A stretch of DNA of 64,000 nt from an uncultured Bacteroidales bacterium. GTDB lineage: Bacteria; Bacteroidota; Bacteroidia; Bacteroidales; UBA10428. The stretch spans positions 145,547-209,546 of the forward strand of contig CAWGCR010000001.1 of the NCBI GenBank assembly GCA_963821135.1. Direction: 5' to 3'. A program made the translations under genes and the position numbers. The notes below the pieces were generated by a model that was not told the DNA's origin, ran no database searches, and saw only the letters and a list, made by a program, of their open reading frames with translations. This document shows positions 1 to 10,143 of the stretch, in pieces. The first letter of the stretch is position 1. Each line of letters opens with the position of its first letter.

Positions 1-1225
1 TCATCCAGGAATACCATATGATGCTCCCATCTTTCGATTTAAACCGATTCTCAAAGGAGATCTGCTCCGCTTTCTTCTCCATTTGCTCACCGACATATCT
101 GAAAGTCCAATCCACATCATCGGAATGCAAAAACTCAGCAATATTATGTCCCGAAAATTCTTCGACAGAATAGCCGGAATTATACAGAAATGCTGGGTTC
201 ACTTTCTGAAGTACACCATCCAATGTGGCAATCCATATTGGGTTAGCCGATAGGTTGAATATTCTTTCAAAATCTTTAAGTGTCTTTTGAGCTTGTATTT
301 GTTCTGTTATATCAGAAAAGAAAGACTGCAATCGCCCGTCAGGTAGCATCTTAGTTCGCATCTCAATCGATACTTTCGACTTATCTTTCCGGACAACTTC
401 CCTGGTACGTATAACAACATGATTATCAATTAACAGATCGTATCTCAAAGGTTCCCTGTCAATTTCTTCGGGTGCGAAAAGTATTTTAATGTTCTGCTCT
501 ACCAATTCTTCTTTTTGGTAACCCGTCAGGGAAGTCATGGCAGCATTTGCCAACAAAATTTCACCCTCTATATTTCCAATAAGAATGCCTTCTGCGGCTT
601 CTTCAAACAGGTTTTTATAGTTCTCCCTGCTTGCCTCCAATGCATTTTCTGCCCTGGTACGCTCCGATAGTTCTTCAGTAATTCTTCTGATATAAGTATT
701 TACTTTCCGTAAATAAATGAAGCCAAGGGATGAAACAAGAAGAAGGATTATAGTGATATCGCGGGCATATACAAATACCTGTTTTGGAGGTTCAGGCACA
801 TAAATCCCTTTCATTTGAAGTATAACGGATAGCCAAATTGAAGTTAAGCTGGCAATCAGTAATGCGAGAGTGAATTTCCATCCATTTAACAGATAGGCAA
901 AAAGGAGCACTGCAAAGTAGGCAATTTCTGCACCATCGTATACTCCTTCACCGGTCCACATCATGTATGTTAATCCTGCCCACGAAGTAATGATCAACAC
1001 AATGCTCGGACCGACAATATACCCTTTCCTCACTATTAAATTCAATACAAGAAAAACAACTATCATTCCTGCCAGAATAAAATCACCATCTTTAATAGGT
1101 GTATAAGTAACCCTCCTGAGAATAAGTAGAAGTAAAATGAGGATTACTGAGGCAATGGAAACGCCTCTGAAAAAAGAATATCTCCACTTTTTCTGTTCCT
1201 GAACAAATACCTGGTTTGATAACAT
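1..1225 (-). CDS. Membrane-anchored PAS-domain sensor protein, probably a histidine kinase (partial, runs off the left edge)
   Basis: Not in the ORF track; translated by hand from ATG at 1225 (MLSNQVFVQEQKKWRY...). Several hydrophobic helices, then TEELSERTRAENALEASRENYKNLFEEAAEGILIGN...ANAAMTSLTGYQKEEL and a second PAS repeat (IFNLSANPIWIATLDG...VNPAF...FLHSDD). The kinase core is not in the window. Confidence 0.75.
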   Translation of the reverse strand, partial: MLSNQVFVQEQKKWRYSFFRGVSIASVILILLLLILRRVTYTPIKDGDFILAGMIVVFLVLNLIVRKGYIVGPSIVLIITSWAGLTYMMWTGEGVYDGAEIAYFAVLLFAYLLNGWKFTLALLIASLTSIWLSVILQMKGIYVPEPPKQVFVYARDITIILLLVSSLGFIYLRKVNTYIRRITEELSERTRAENALEASRENYKNLFEEAAEGILIGNIEGEILLANAAMTSLTGYQKEELVEQNIKILFAPEEIDREPLRYDLLIDNHVVIRTREVVRKDKSKVSIEMRTKMLPDGRLQSFFSDITEQIQAQKTLKDFERIFNLSANPIWIATLDGVLQKVNPAFLYNSGYSVEEFSGHNIAEFLHSDDVDWTFRYVGEQMEKKAEQISFENRFKSKDGSIIWYSWM

Positions 1226-1384
1226 AAAATAGATCTATGACATTTCGAATAAATCTAATGTACTCATTTTTTATTGTGAATCCATTAAAAAGAAAATAAT
1301 AAATATCCGCCCTTATAGAAAGCCTCTGATATTCTGCATTTAATTATTTTTTCCTTTCTTTGCCAAGTATTAAAGTTATAAGTT

Positions 1385-3259
1385 GTGAAGGCAGTTATTT
1401 TGGCTGGTGGTAAGGGAACACGTATGGGTAATCTGGCAAATGAAAAGCCAAAGCCCATGATTGAGGTGGGAGGAGAACCTGTAATTACGCATCAGATAAA
1501 ACTCCTCAAAAAATACCGGATTACCGAGATATTCATTCTCGTCAATCATCTTAAGAAATCCATTATTGATCATTTTGGTAATGGCCGGAAATACGGTGTA
1601 GAAATCAGTTATTTCGAAGAATCTGCCCCCCTGGGAACTGTTGGTGGAATCAAAGAGATTGAGAATGAACTTAAAGAGGACTTCCTGGTATTGTACGGCG
1701 ATGTGATGATGAATCTGAATCTGGAGCGCCTGATCTCATTTCATAAAAAGAATTCCAGTGAATGCACCCTGGTACTCCATCCCAACGATCATCCCTACGA
1801 TAGCGATCTTGTTGAAACCAATGAATATGGAAGAGTTACGAATTTCTTTCCTAAACCTCATAACTCCGAAAGCTTTTATCCTAATCTCGTAAATGCAGGA
1901 ATGTATATATTCTCTCCTGCAATTTTCAGCTTTCTGGAGGAAGGTAAGAAGGCAGATTTTGGTCGTGATATATTCCCCTCTATTTATTCCCATATAAAAA
2001 TGTACGGGTACAATACTGCTGAATACCTGAAAGACATGGGGACTCCCAGTCGATTGAAAGAGGTAGAAAAGGATTATGCAAGCGGTAAAATTCAACGGGC
2101 AAATTCTGAGCACCTGCAAAAAGCCATATTTCTTGATCGGGACGGGGTGATAAACAAAGAGATAAGTTTTATCAGTACCCCCGAGAATATGATTTTGTTT
2201 GATTTCACTTCGGCTGCAATCAGAAAGATCAATCAATCGGAATACAAGTCGATAGTAATTACCAACCAATCGGTTATTGCCCGTAACCTCTGCTCGCTCA
2301 GTGAACTGAAAACCATTCATAATAAATTGGAAACTCTGTTAGGCAGGGATAAAGCAAAAATTGATGCACTCTATTTCTGTCCTCACCATCCCGATAAAGG
2401 ATATCCTGAAGAAAGAGCTGAATACAAAACAGATTGCTACTGTCGGAAACCAAGGCCCGGAATGATCCTCGATGCCGCATTTGATTTCAATATCGATCTG
2501 AATAAATCATTTATGATTGGGGATAATGAACGTGATATCAAGGCCGGAATGAATGCCGGATGCACAACTGTGGGCGTAATGACCGGGTATGGTTTACGAA
2601 AAGCTACAATTCGACCACAGTTTTTCTTTGCTAACATTTTAGAAGCTGTCAACTTCATAATCGATGAACCTTATAAATATATTTATGAAAAAATAAGGAC
2701 CAGCAACCTGAAAACCCCGGCAATAATACTCATTGGAGGAAATGCACAATCAGGAAAAAGTACCCTGGCAGCCTACCTCGAATGGAAATTAAGATTAAGG
2801 AAAAGAAAAGTTATAAGAATTGAGCTTGACAACTGGATTATACCTGAGGAAAAAAGGGAAAAGGATATGAATGTATACGATCGGTTTCAGCTCGATAAAA
2901 TTGAAACCGACCTACAGCAGATCCTCTCAGGCATCCCGGTTAAAATGAACAGTTATGCGAATCATCCCGAAAGGAATCCTCAACCTCTTATCTATAGCTA
3001 TTCGGGGCAGGATTTCATTATCATTGATGGAGTTGTTGGCCTGAGTAGCGAGATTCTACGGGATCTTGCTCATTACAAGCTGTTCCTTTCGATAGACACC
3101 GAATTGCATAAAGAGCGAATTTTACACTACTACCAGTGGAGGAATACATCCGATGAAGACATTGAAGCCCTGTATAAGAGCCGACAGGATAACGAGTATA
3201 GCCTTATTGAAAAAGAAAGCAGTTTTGCCGATTTTATAGTAACTTCAACCGCGAAATGA
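1385..3259 (+). CDS. Three-domain fusion: HddC-like nucleotidyltransferase + GmhB-type HAD heptose-1,7-bisphosphate phosphatase + uridine kinase/PRK-like P-loop domain
   Basis: N-terminal LAGGKGTR...PKPM nucleotidyltransferase motif. Central FLDRDGVIN, TNQS, CPHHP...CYCRKPRPGM and MIGD motifs of GmhB. C-terminal GGNAQSGKST Walker A, ELDNW and IIIDGV. GTG start. Confidence 0.85.
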   Translation: MKAVILAGGKGTRMGNLANEKPKPMIEVGGEPVITHQIKLLKKYRITEIFILVNHLKKSIIDHFGNGRKYGVEISYFEESAPLGTVGGIKEIENELKEDFLVLYGDVMMNLNLERLISFHKKNSSECTLVLHPNDHPYDSDLVETNEYGRVTNFFPKPHNSESFYPNLVNAGMYIFSPAIFSFLEEGKKADFGRDIFPSIYSHIKMYGYNTAEYLKDMGTPSRLKEVEKDYASGKIQRANSEHLQKAIFLDRDGVINKEISFISTPENMILFDFTSAAIRKINQSEYKSIVITNQSVIARNLCSLSELKTIHNKLETLLGRDKAKIDALYFCPHHPDKGYPEERAEYKTDCYCRKPRPGMILDAAFDFNIDLNKSFMIGDNERDIKAGMNAGCTTVGVMTGYGLRKATIRPQFFFANILEAVNFIIDEPYKYIYEKIRTSNLKTPAIILIGGNAQSGKSTLAAYLEWKLRLRKRKVIRIELDNWIIPEEKREKDMNVYDRFQLDKIETDLQQILSGIPVKMNSYANHPERNPQPLIYSYSGQDFIIIDGVVGLSSEILRDLAHYKLFLSIDTELHKERILHYYQWRNTSDEDIEALYKSRQDNEYSLIEKESSFADFIVTSTAK

Positions 3260-4245
3260 TAATTTCAAGAACACCTTTCAGAATAAGTTTTGTTGGCGGA
3301 GGATCCGATATGGATACTTTCTATTCACAACATCAGGGGGCTGTTTTGAGCACCTCTATTGATAAGTACATGTATATATCTTCGCACCGTAACTTTTATA
3401 AGGATCAGATCCAGGTTAAGTACTCTCAAACTGAGACTGTCAAAGATTTAAATGATATGAAACATCCGCTCTTGCGCGAAACACTTCGTAAGACGGGTAT
3501 TCACGGGGGAATTGAGATCAGTTCCATTGCAGATATTCCTGCCGGAACAGGAATGGGTTCTTCCTCCTCCTTCACGGTTGGTTTACTTCATAACCTTTAT
3601 GCTATTAACCGAAGGTATGTTACACACGAAGATCTCGCCAGGGAAGCCTGCGAGATTGAAATTGACATTTTAAAAGAACCCATAGGTAAACAGGATCAAT
3701 ACGCAGCAGCTTACGGAGGGTTAAACATCATCTATTTCAACCGGGATGGCAGTGTAAAGATAGAACCACTCTATCTCGATAATGAGGCATACACTAGCCT
3801 TGATGAGAATCTTGTTATGTTTTATATCGGAAATCAGCGAAAGGCATCGAATATCCTGTCTGAACAAAAAAAGAATGCATCGCAGGAAGATAAATTCAAT
3901 ACGCTGAAAAAGATGGTTGAATTAGTGCCTGATTTACAATCTGTTCTTTATTCCGGAAATATCAACGATTTCGGGAAAATAATGCACGAGAACTGGATTC
4001 TGAAACAACAACTGGCATCGAAGATTAGTAATAATGAGATTAATGGAATCTACGATGCCGGATTAGCAAACGGGGCTTCCGGAGGAAAGCTTCTGGGTGC
4101 TGGTGGGGGTGGTTTCATGTTGTTTTATTGCGAAAAAGAAAAGCAGGAGAAACTAAAAACTGCTTTAAAAAAATACGATACTTTTAATTTTCATTTCGAA
4201 CGTGATGGTTCGAAAATAATATATTTTGCCGATGAATACCGCTAA
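3256..4245 (+). CDS. hddA: D-glycero-alpha-D-manno-heptose 7-phosphate kinase (GHMP kinase)
   Basis: RTPFRISFVGGGSD, PAGTGMGSSS, GKQDQYAAAYGG and GGKLLGAGGGGF motifs; located between gmhB-like and gmhA-like genes. Confidence 0.85.
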   Translation: MIISRTPFRISFVGGGSDMDTFYSQHQGAVLSTSIDKYMYISSHRNFYKDQIQVKYSQTETVKDLNDMKHPLLRETLRKTGIHGGIEISSIADIPAGTGMGSSSSFTVGLLHNLYAINRRYVTHEDLAREACEIEIDILKEPIGKQDQYAAAYGGLNIIYFNRDGSVKIEPLYLDNEAYTSLDENLVMFYIGNQRKASNILSEQKKNASQEDKFNTLKKMVELVPDLQSVLYSGNINDFGKIMHENWILKQQLASKISNNEINGIYDAGLANGASGGKLLGAGGGGFMLFYCEKEKQEKLKTALKKYDTFNFHFERDGSKIIYFADEYR

Positions 4246-4846
4246 TCCTTACTCCGATTACTTTATCCGACTGAAAGATGCCCTTGATAAGATTGATACC
4301 AGTGTGATCGATGAGGTTGTTGATGCACTCCTGCAGTGCCGCAGCGAAGGGGGCACTATGTATATTTTTGGTAATGGAGGAAGCGCTGCAAATGCATCGC
4401 ATATTGCAGGTGATTTTCTGAAAGGGATATCCTATGGTATGGATAAACGATTCAAAACACATTGTTTGAACGATAATGTTGCCGGAACTACTGCCATTAC
4501 AAACGACCTCTCATATAATGAGATTTTTATCGAACAACTTAAAACCTACCTTTCACCCGGCGATGTGGTGATTGGGATATCGGGAAGTGGTAATTCAGAA
4601 AATGTATTGAAGGCCATAAAATGGGCAAGAGACAATGGAGCTAAAACCATTGGACTTACAGGTTATAAAGGCGGTAAATTAATCGAAATCGCTGAAATTG
4701 CACTCCTTGTACCTGTGAATGATATGGAAATTACTGAAGATGCACACACCATTGTATTTCATGCCATTAAACAGGAAGTTAATCGCAGAATAAAGGGCGA
4801 AAACTACTCCATGGGTGCTGAATACGATAAACGGGTAAATCAATAA
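4232..4846 (+). CDS. gmhA: Sedoheptulose-7-phosphate isomerase (SIS domain)
   Basis: GNGGSAANASH, ND...IF.EQL, GISGSGNSENV and EDAH motifs. ATG at 4232 preferred over the TTG at 4226. Confidence 0.85.
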   Translation: MNTANPYSDYFIRLKDALDKIDTSVIDEVVDALLQCRSEGGTMYIFGNGGSAANASHIAGDFLKGISYGMDKRFKTHCLNDNVAGTTAITNDLSYNEIFIEQLKTYLSPGDVVIGISGSGNSENVLKAIKWARDNGAKTIGLTGYKGGKLIEIAEIALLVPVNDMEITEDAHTIVFHAIKQEVNRRIKGENYSMGAEYDKRVNQ

Positions 4847-4851
4847 TCTTC

Positions 4852-5808
4852 ATGAAGGCTTTTATTACAGGCGGTGCCGGGTTTATTGGAAGCAATCTGA
4901 CTGATAAATTGCTTCAGCTGGGACATAAAGTAATTGTATACGACAATTTCTGTACAGGTCAGAAACAATTTGTCGAACACAATCTTTCAAAAAAGGACTA
5001 CCTGCTTATTGAGGCTGATGCGCTGGACAAATCTAAGCTTACGGCTGCCATGCGAGGTGCCGATATGGTCTTTCATTTTCAGGCCAATGCCGATGTACGA
5101 GGTGGAATAGATAATACCCAGATTGATTTTGATCAAAATATTACTGGCACTCACAATGTACTGGAAGCCATGAAGGCTAATAACATCCAACGCATTGCTT
5201 TTGCCAGCTCAGCTACTGTGTATGGTGAACCAAAGAAAATTCCTACTCCTGAAGATATAGCGCCAATACAAACCTCCCTTTATGGAGCATCGAAATATGC
5301 TGCTGAAGCCTTGATACAAGCTTATTGTGAATACTATGATATGCAAAGCTGGATTTTTCGCTTTGTTTCTTTTATGGGACCCCGGTATACGCATGGTGTT
5401 ATTTTCGATTTTATGCGTAAACTGAAAAAGAATTCTTCAGTGCTTGAAATACTGGGTGACGGATCGCAACGGAAATCGTATCTGCATGTTGAGGATGGTA
5501 TCGAAGCCATTCTCACAGCCATTGAAAAATCGGAGAGTAAAACCAATATATTCAACCTTGGGAATAAGGAATGGATCAATGTAATCGATCTGGCCAATAT
5601 TGTTTGCAATACGCTTGATCTCAAGGATGTTGACTATGAATTCACAGGAGGTACCCGGGGCTGGAAAGGGGATACTCCTTTTGTTCATCTGGATATTGCA
5701 AAAATCAAAGCCTTGGGCTGGGATCCAAAACATTCAGTAAGAGATACTCTTGTGGCAACCATAAATTATCTCTCCGAAAACGACGATCTGCTGTTTGCAA
5801 GGAAGTAA
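4852..5808 (+). CDS. NAD-dependent epimerase/dehydratase (extended SDR)
   Basis: TGGAGFIGS Rossmann motif, SSATVYG and the YGASK catalytic motif; last gene of the heptose operon. Confidence 0.85.
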   Translation: MKAFITGGAGFIGSNLTDKLLQLGHKVIVYDNFCTGQKQFVEHNLSKKDYLLIEADALDKSKLTAAMRGADMVFHFQANADVRGGIDNTQIDFDQNITGTHNVLEAMKANNIQRIAFASSATVYGEPKKIPTPEDIAPIQTSLYGASKYAAEALIQAYCEYYDMQSWIFRFVSFMGPRYTHGVIFDFMRKLKKNSSVLEILGDGSQRKSYLHVEDGIEAILTAIEKSESKTNIFNLGNKEWINVIDLANIVCNTLDLKDVDYEFTGGTRGWKGDTPFVHLDIAKIKALGWDPKHSVRDTLVATINYLSENDDLLFARK

Positions 5809-6104
5809 AACAATCCCAAGTTGTCCTCAAAATATTTATCCCAACCTTTAAGGCTAATTTTATGGCATCTTAGACGGAATAAATGTAATTCTTCCTGCAA
5901 TGCAACCTTTTGCATGTTTCTTCAGGCCAATTTTTCTTACTCAACTTCAGATATCCAACACACATATAATGGAGAGTATGGGTTTGTTCCATGCTGTTTT
6001 TTAAGTCTAATCCAAAAAAAGTGTATTAACAACATCTGCTAAAAATCTAAATAAGTAATTTTGATAACTAAACTTATAAGTTTCAAAACAAACTAACTGA
6101 TATA

Positions 6105-7394
6105 GTGACTCAAGTCTTTAAAAAGTCTCTTGTTTGCGCAGTTATCCTGTCATCCTTGCTAAGTGCAAACTTTATTTACTGTCAGAATTATATTCAGATT
6201 ACTGGAAAGGTAGTAGATTCAGCAAGTCATCAACCTCTTGCATACAGTACAATAAAAATTGAAAGCACTACTCAGGGTATTATTTCCAATGAAACAGGAT
6301 ACTTTCAGCTACTTGTGCCTGATAGTCTGAAGAACAGTAATTTGTGCATAAGTTATATAGGATACAATTCCTATAATAAAAGTATCTCTTTGCTACTGAA
6401 TAAAAGTAATGTCATAAAACTCAGTCAATCAAAATATGCTATTAAAGAGGTTATCATCAGACGAAATACGCCGGAAATGATAATTAAAATGGCTATACGC
6501 AGAATCAAATATAACTACCCAATCGAACCATACAGGTCAAATGGGTATTATCGCGAAATTTTAAAAGAGAATGGCAATTACAATCAGTACCTTGAGGCAT
6601 ACCTCAACACCTACAATTTCTCATATCTTGATACCGGCCAAGTTCAGGTAAAAGTCGTAGAAGCACAAAAAAGAGATGATTTGCAATCGATTCAATTCAT
6701 GCAAAAAGAGGTGAAAAGCCGTTACAAAAGAATAAAGAAGCGGGCTAAAAAAAAGGGCGAAGAAGTTGAAGAACTTGATGTTGCTACCCTTAAATTATTG
6801 TTTGGAGGACCACACAGAATACTTGGTACCGATCCAATCAGGTATAGGTTTTATGCCCTCGACTCAATTAAAATGAAAAAATTCACCTATACATTTGAGA
6901 AGGATGAAATACTGGATGGACATGAATTGTTTGCCATTGCTTTCAAAGCCAAAAGAAAGATAGATTACATGAAATTCTCAGGGACCATCTACATTGATAA
7001 GGAATCATATGCAATTGTGAAACTATCAATGAACGGAGAATTGATTATGCCCATTTATGCAAAACCATTTCTTCAGGCTGCAGGACTTTCAATAGAAATC
7101 CCAAACTTAAAAATTGACCATCAATACAGTTCTGAGAACAATAAATGGTATCTGCATAAATCAATTCTTATGGGAGATGGTTATTTTGCAAAACGAAGGA
7201 TAGCAAAAGAAAATGATATTTCACATTTTGAAATCGAACATGCATTTGTATCTACCGAAGCAAAATTTGAACATGTAAGACCAATACCAAAAGATGAACA
7301 GTTAATTCATAAATCTTTCTCAGAACTCCTGAAAGATTACAATTCGGAGTTTTGGAATACACACAATAAAATTGCGATTGAATCCATAAAATAA
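6105..7394 (+). CDS. Exported protein with an N-terminal carboxypeptidase regulatory-like domain
   Basis: Signal peptide, then ITGKVVDS..QPLAYSTI...GIISNETGYFQL...ISYIGY and FSGTIYIDKESYAIVK, typical of this Bacteroidota family. Confidence 0.7.
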   Translation: MTQVFKKSLVCAVILSSLLSANFIYCQNYIQITGKVVDSASHQPLAYSTIKIESTTQGIISNETGYFQLLVPDSLKNSNLCISYIGYNSYNKSISLLLNKSNVIKLSQSKYAIKEVIIRRNTPEMIIKMAIRRIKYNYPIEPYRSNGYYREILKENGNYNQYLEAYLNTYNFSYLDTGQVQVKVVEAQKRDDLQSIQFMQKEVKSRYKRIKKRAKKKGEEVEELDVATLKLLFGGPHRILGTDPIRYRFYALDSIKMKKFTYTFEKDEILDGHELFAIAFKAKRKIDYMKFSGTIYIDKESYAIVKLSMNGELIMPIYAKPFLQAAGLSIEIPNLKIDHQYSSENNKWYLHKSILMGDGYFAKRRIAKENDISHFEIEHAFVSTEAKFEHVRPIPKDEQLIHKSFSELLKDYNSEFWNTHNKIAIESIK

Positions 7395-7431
7395 CTTCCT
7401 GATATCGAAAATCTTATACTTATCAGGAAGT
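7394..7431. terminator. Inverted-repeat hairpin, probable terminator
   Basis: ACTTCCTGATA (7394-7404) and TATCAGGAAGT (7421-7431) form a perfect 11-bp stem right after a stop codon; there is no strong U-tract. Confidence 0.45.
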
Positions 7432-7742
7432 AGAATAGTTATTTCCCTGCCTTTCTAAATTACCCCTATTCCTCTAATGCGGAATTATTAAAAGATTTCT
7501 TTTGCCCCCTTTTGGGGGTTTTGGGTCATATCAAATACCTGAGATCGCAAAACAACTTTATTTTCTCCTATGCAACCCTCCATAATATTTTTGGTCTTTA
7601 TAGAAATTCTATAAAGAACCCCAGTGATGATACCCAATACACAAAAAATGGAAAGCATGGGCTTATTCAAAGCCGATGTAATTGGAATTTTAAAAGATCT
7701 ACTGCGTAAACTAAACAAGTACAACTAGTTAAATATTAAGTC

Positions 7743-8168
7743 ATGGGAAGAACAGTTGTACTGATTGCCATTATTTTCTTTGTAATCTCTGGAAATACAT
7801 ATGCACAATATCATGTCAGCAGCAATGAAAAACTGTTTTTAGCAAATGCTCCGAAAGCAGAACAGATAGAATCTGCCGAAACAACAGCTCAAAATTTCTT
7901 CAAACTGGCTCAAAAAGGTATACGCGGGGAATGGGAACAACTGCTGGCCAGTAACTGTTTTAAGGAAAATGTACCCTGCGATTATGTAAATCTTTGGTTC
8001 GATTATCTCAGCTATCATAAAATGAGCTATAGCATAGTTAAGATCTCTTCTCCCAAAACCAATCAAAAGATAATTCAATACGTATCCTCACTTGAACCGG
8101 ATGAGAAAAAAAGAATGGTCCTTATTAAAGAAAAGGGAGAGTGGAGAATCTATCATGCCGGACTATAA
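7743..8168 (+). CDS. Hypothetical exported protein
   Basis: Signal peptide ending TYA-Q; C-terminal MVLIKEKGEWRI strand reminiscent of NTF2-like folds. Confidence 0.6.
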   Translation: MGRTVVLIAIIFFVISGNTYAQYHVSSNEKLFLANAPKAEQIESAETTAQNFFKLAQKGIRGEWEQLLASNCFKENVPCDYVNLWFDYLSYHKMSYSIVKISSPKTNQKIIQYVSSLEPDEKKRMVLIKEKGEWRIYHAGL

Positions 8169-8249
8169 ATATTAATTCCTTCCACAATATTTTCTGTTTT
8201 CCTTTCTATCGCCTATATTTAGGATGTATAAATCCCTAATTCTGACTTA

Positions 8250-8957
8250 ATGAAACGATTAATTCCTTTCATCCTGATTTCAATCATCCTTGTAAGCTGT
8301 AAAACTGATACGAAAACACCCGACATGGAATCAGAAGATGCGCTACCGGGAAAAGCTGTAACAGCCGTTTGCATTCATAATGGTCTTCCAATTCGGGAGG
8401 AACCCAGAAAGGATAGTAAATGGATTTCATCGATGAGCCTGGGTGAAACAGCTATTTACAAAGGTGAATTAGTAATTGACAGTGCCGATAAGGTGCGGGA
8501 ATATTGTAATCTGGAACTATCTGATGGTGCAAGTTATTGGGTTCAGAGTTATGGGATCCTCCTCGAAGCAAAGCCGGCAGCAGTTGTAAAAGAGACACCT
8601 CTGTATAAACGACCTGAACTTGTCACAAAAACAAACAAATCATTTAGTCCGTCAGAATTCCTCGCAATTATAAATGAGAAGGACGAATGGGTTGAAGTTA
8701 TTGGGGCGGAAAAAAGAAAAAATGGGTGGATAAATAAAGAAGTCCTTAGTACGCAAGCCGAAGATATTGCCATTGCCACATTAGCACAGAGGGAACTGTT
8801 GAATAAAGATGGAAGCATTCAGTTCGAAAAATTATCTGACTTTATGGAGGATATTCCATACAGGGAGGCCAGCCTGGCTATTTATCTGAATCAGCAGATG
8901 GAAGAATATGTGTCCTCAGCCATAGAAGAATCGATTAGAAAATATGAAAATGACTAA
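8250..8957 (+). CDS. Lipoprotein with probable bacterial SH3-like repeats
   Basis: Lipobox LVSC; LPIREEP...GE...YWV and TPLYKRP...EKDEWVEV...GWI segments resemble SH3b domains. Confidence 0.6.
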   Translation: MKRLIPFILISIILVSCKTDTKTPDMESEDALPGKAVTAVCIHNGLPIREEPRKDSKWISSMSLGETAIYKGELVIDSADKVREYCNLELSDGASYWVQSYGILLEAKPAAVVKETPLYKRPELVTKTNKSFSPSEFLAIINEKDEWVEVIGAEKRKNGWINKEVLSTQAEDIAIATLAQRELLNKDGSIQFEKLSDFMEDIPYREASLAIYLNQQMEEYVSSAIEESIRKYEND

Positions 8958-9126
8958 ATTGCTTTTACAGAAATCCTTGAAATTGGGTCTGGTATCCCCT
9001 AAAGTTTGAGTTGTCCACCGATAAAATATCAGGATTAGCAATAAGATTCTGCCCATCAACGTAATATAAAATTCCCATACCTGAGAAGTTCGTATATTAG
9101 TCAATGATAAATAAATCCTTTGTGCC

Positions 9127-10131
9127 TTGATTATTCAAACAAAATCGTACCCGCGGGCTGCATTAATCGGTAATCCTTCCGATGGCTACTATGGTAAAAC
9201 CATTGCTTTTGTTTTCAGTAATTTCACTGCAGATATTACCTTATTTCAAACTCCTGAACTGGTGATCCAACCCGAACAACTCGACCTGACTTCCTTTCAA
9301 AGTATCGAAGAACTCGTTGAGGATGTCAACCTACATGGCTACTATGGAGGAATGCGATTACTAAAAGCTACTGTCAAGGTATTCTACAATTATTGTACAG
9401 CATGCAATATTACACTGGATCAGCGCAACTTCACGATTCGTTACAAGTCTACTATTCCTCATCGCCTGGGTCTCGCCGGATCTAGTGCAATTATTACAGC
9501 GGGTATGAAAGCCCTTATGTCGTTTTATGGAATTGCCATTCCAAACCCCATTCTGGCAAACCTGGTCCTTTCGGTTGAAACCGATGAGTTAAAAATAGGG
9601 GCTGGTCTGCAGGACCGTGTAGCCCAGGCATATGAAACCCCTGTATTTATGGATTTTAATAAAGTATTTATGCAGAAGCAGGGTTTCGGCAAATACACCC
9701 CCATCGACACAAATAAATTTCCTGCTATGTACATTGCCTATCGCAGCGATCAATCCTCGGGTTCGGAAGTGGTCCATAATGACCTGCGCGCACGGTACAA
9801 CTACAAAGAACCTGAGGTATTAAAAGCCATGAAAGAGTGGGCAGAATTATCAGAGCAGGTTAAAGAAGTACTCGAGAGCTGTGATCATTATAAACTCCCG
9901 GCTTTAATCAACCGGAATTTTGATATCAGAGAATCTCTCATTTCTATTAGCAAAGAGAATATCGAGATGGTTAAGACGGCCCGCTCTACCGGAGCCAGCG
10001 CAAAATTTACCGGATCGGGGGGAGCAATTATCGGAACATACGAGGACGAAAAAATGTTCACCACTCTGAAATCCAAAATGAGCAAGAAAGGAACTGAAGT
10101 AATAAAACCCATAATTGTCAATCACCAGTAA
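9127..10131 (+). CDS. GHMP kinase, glucuronokinase-like
   Basis: RAALIGNPSDGYYGKTI, GLAGSSAI, AGLQDRVAQ and SAKFTGSGGA match the plant/animal glucuronokinase pattern. TTG start. Confidence 0.75.
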   Translation: MIIQTKSYPRAALIGNPSDGYYGKTIAFVFSNFTADITLFQTPELVIQPEQLDLTSFQSIEELVEDVNLHGYYGGMRLLKATVKVFYNYCTACNITLDQRNFTIRYKSTIPHRLGLAGSSAIITAGMKALMSFYGIAIPNPILANLVLSVETDELKIGAGLQDRVAQAYETPVFMDFNKVFMQKQGFGKYTPIDTNKFPAMYIAYRSDQSSGSEVVHNDLRARYNYKEPEVLKAMKEWAELSEQVKEVLESCDHYKLPALINRNFDIRESLISISKENIEMVKTARSTGASAKFTGSGGAIIGTYEDEKMFTTLKSKMSKKGTEVIKPIIVNHQ

Positions 10132-10143
10132 GCTATTATCTCA

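Noticed and set aside
5821-6042. 73-aa TTG-start ORF; likewise 7488-7724 and 7512-7709
   Set aside because: AT-rich intergenic sequence with non-ATG starts and no recognisable motifs.
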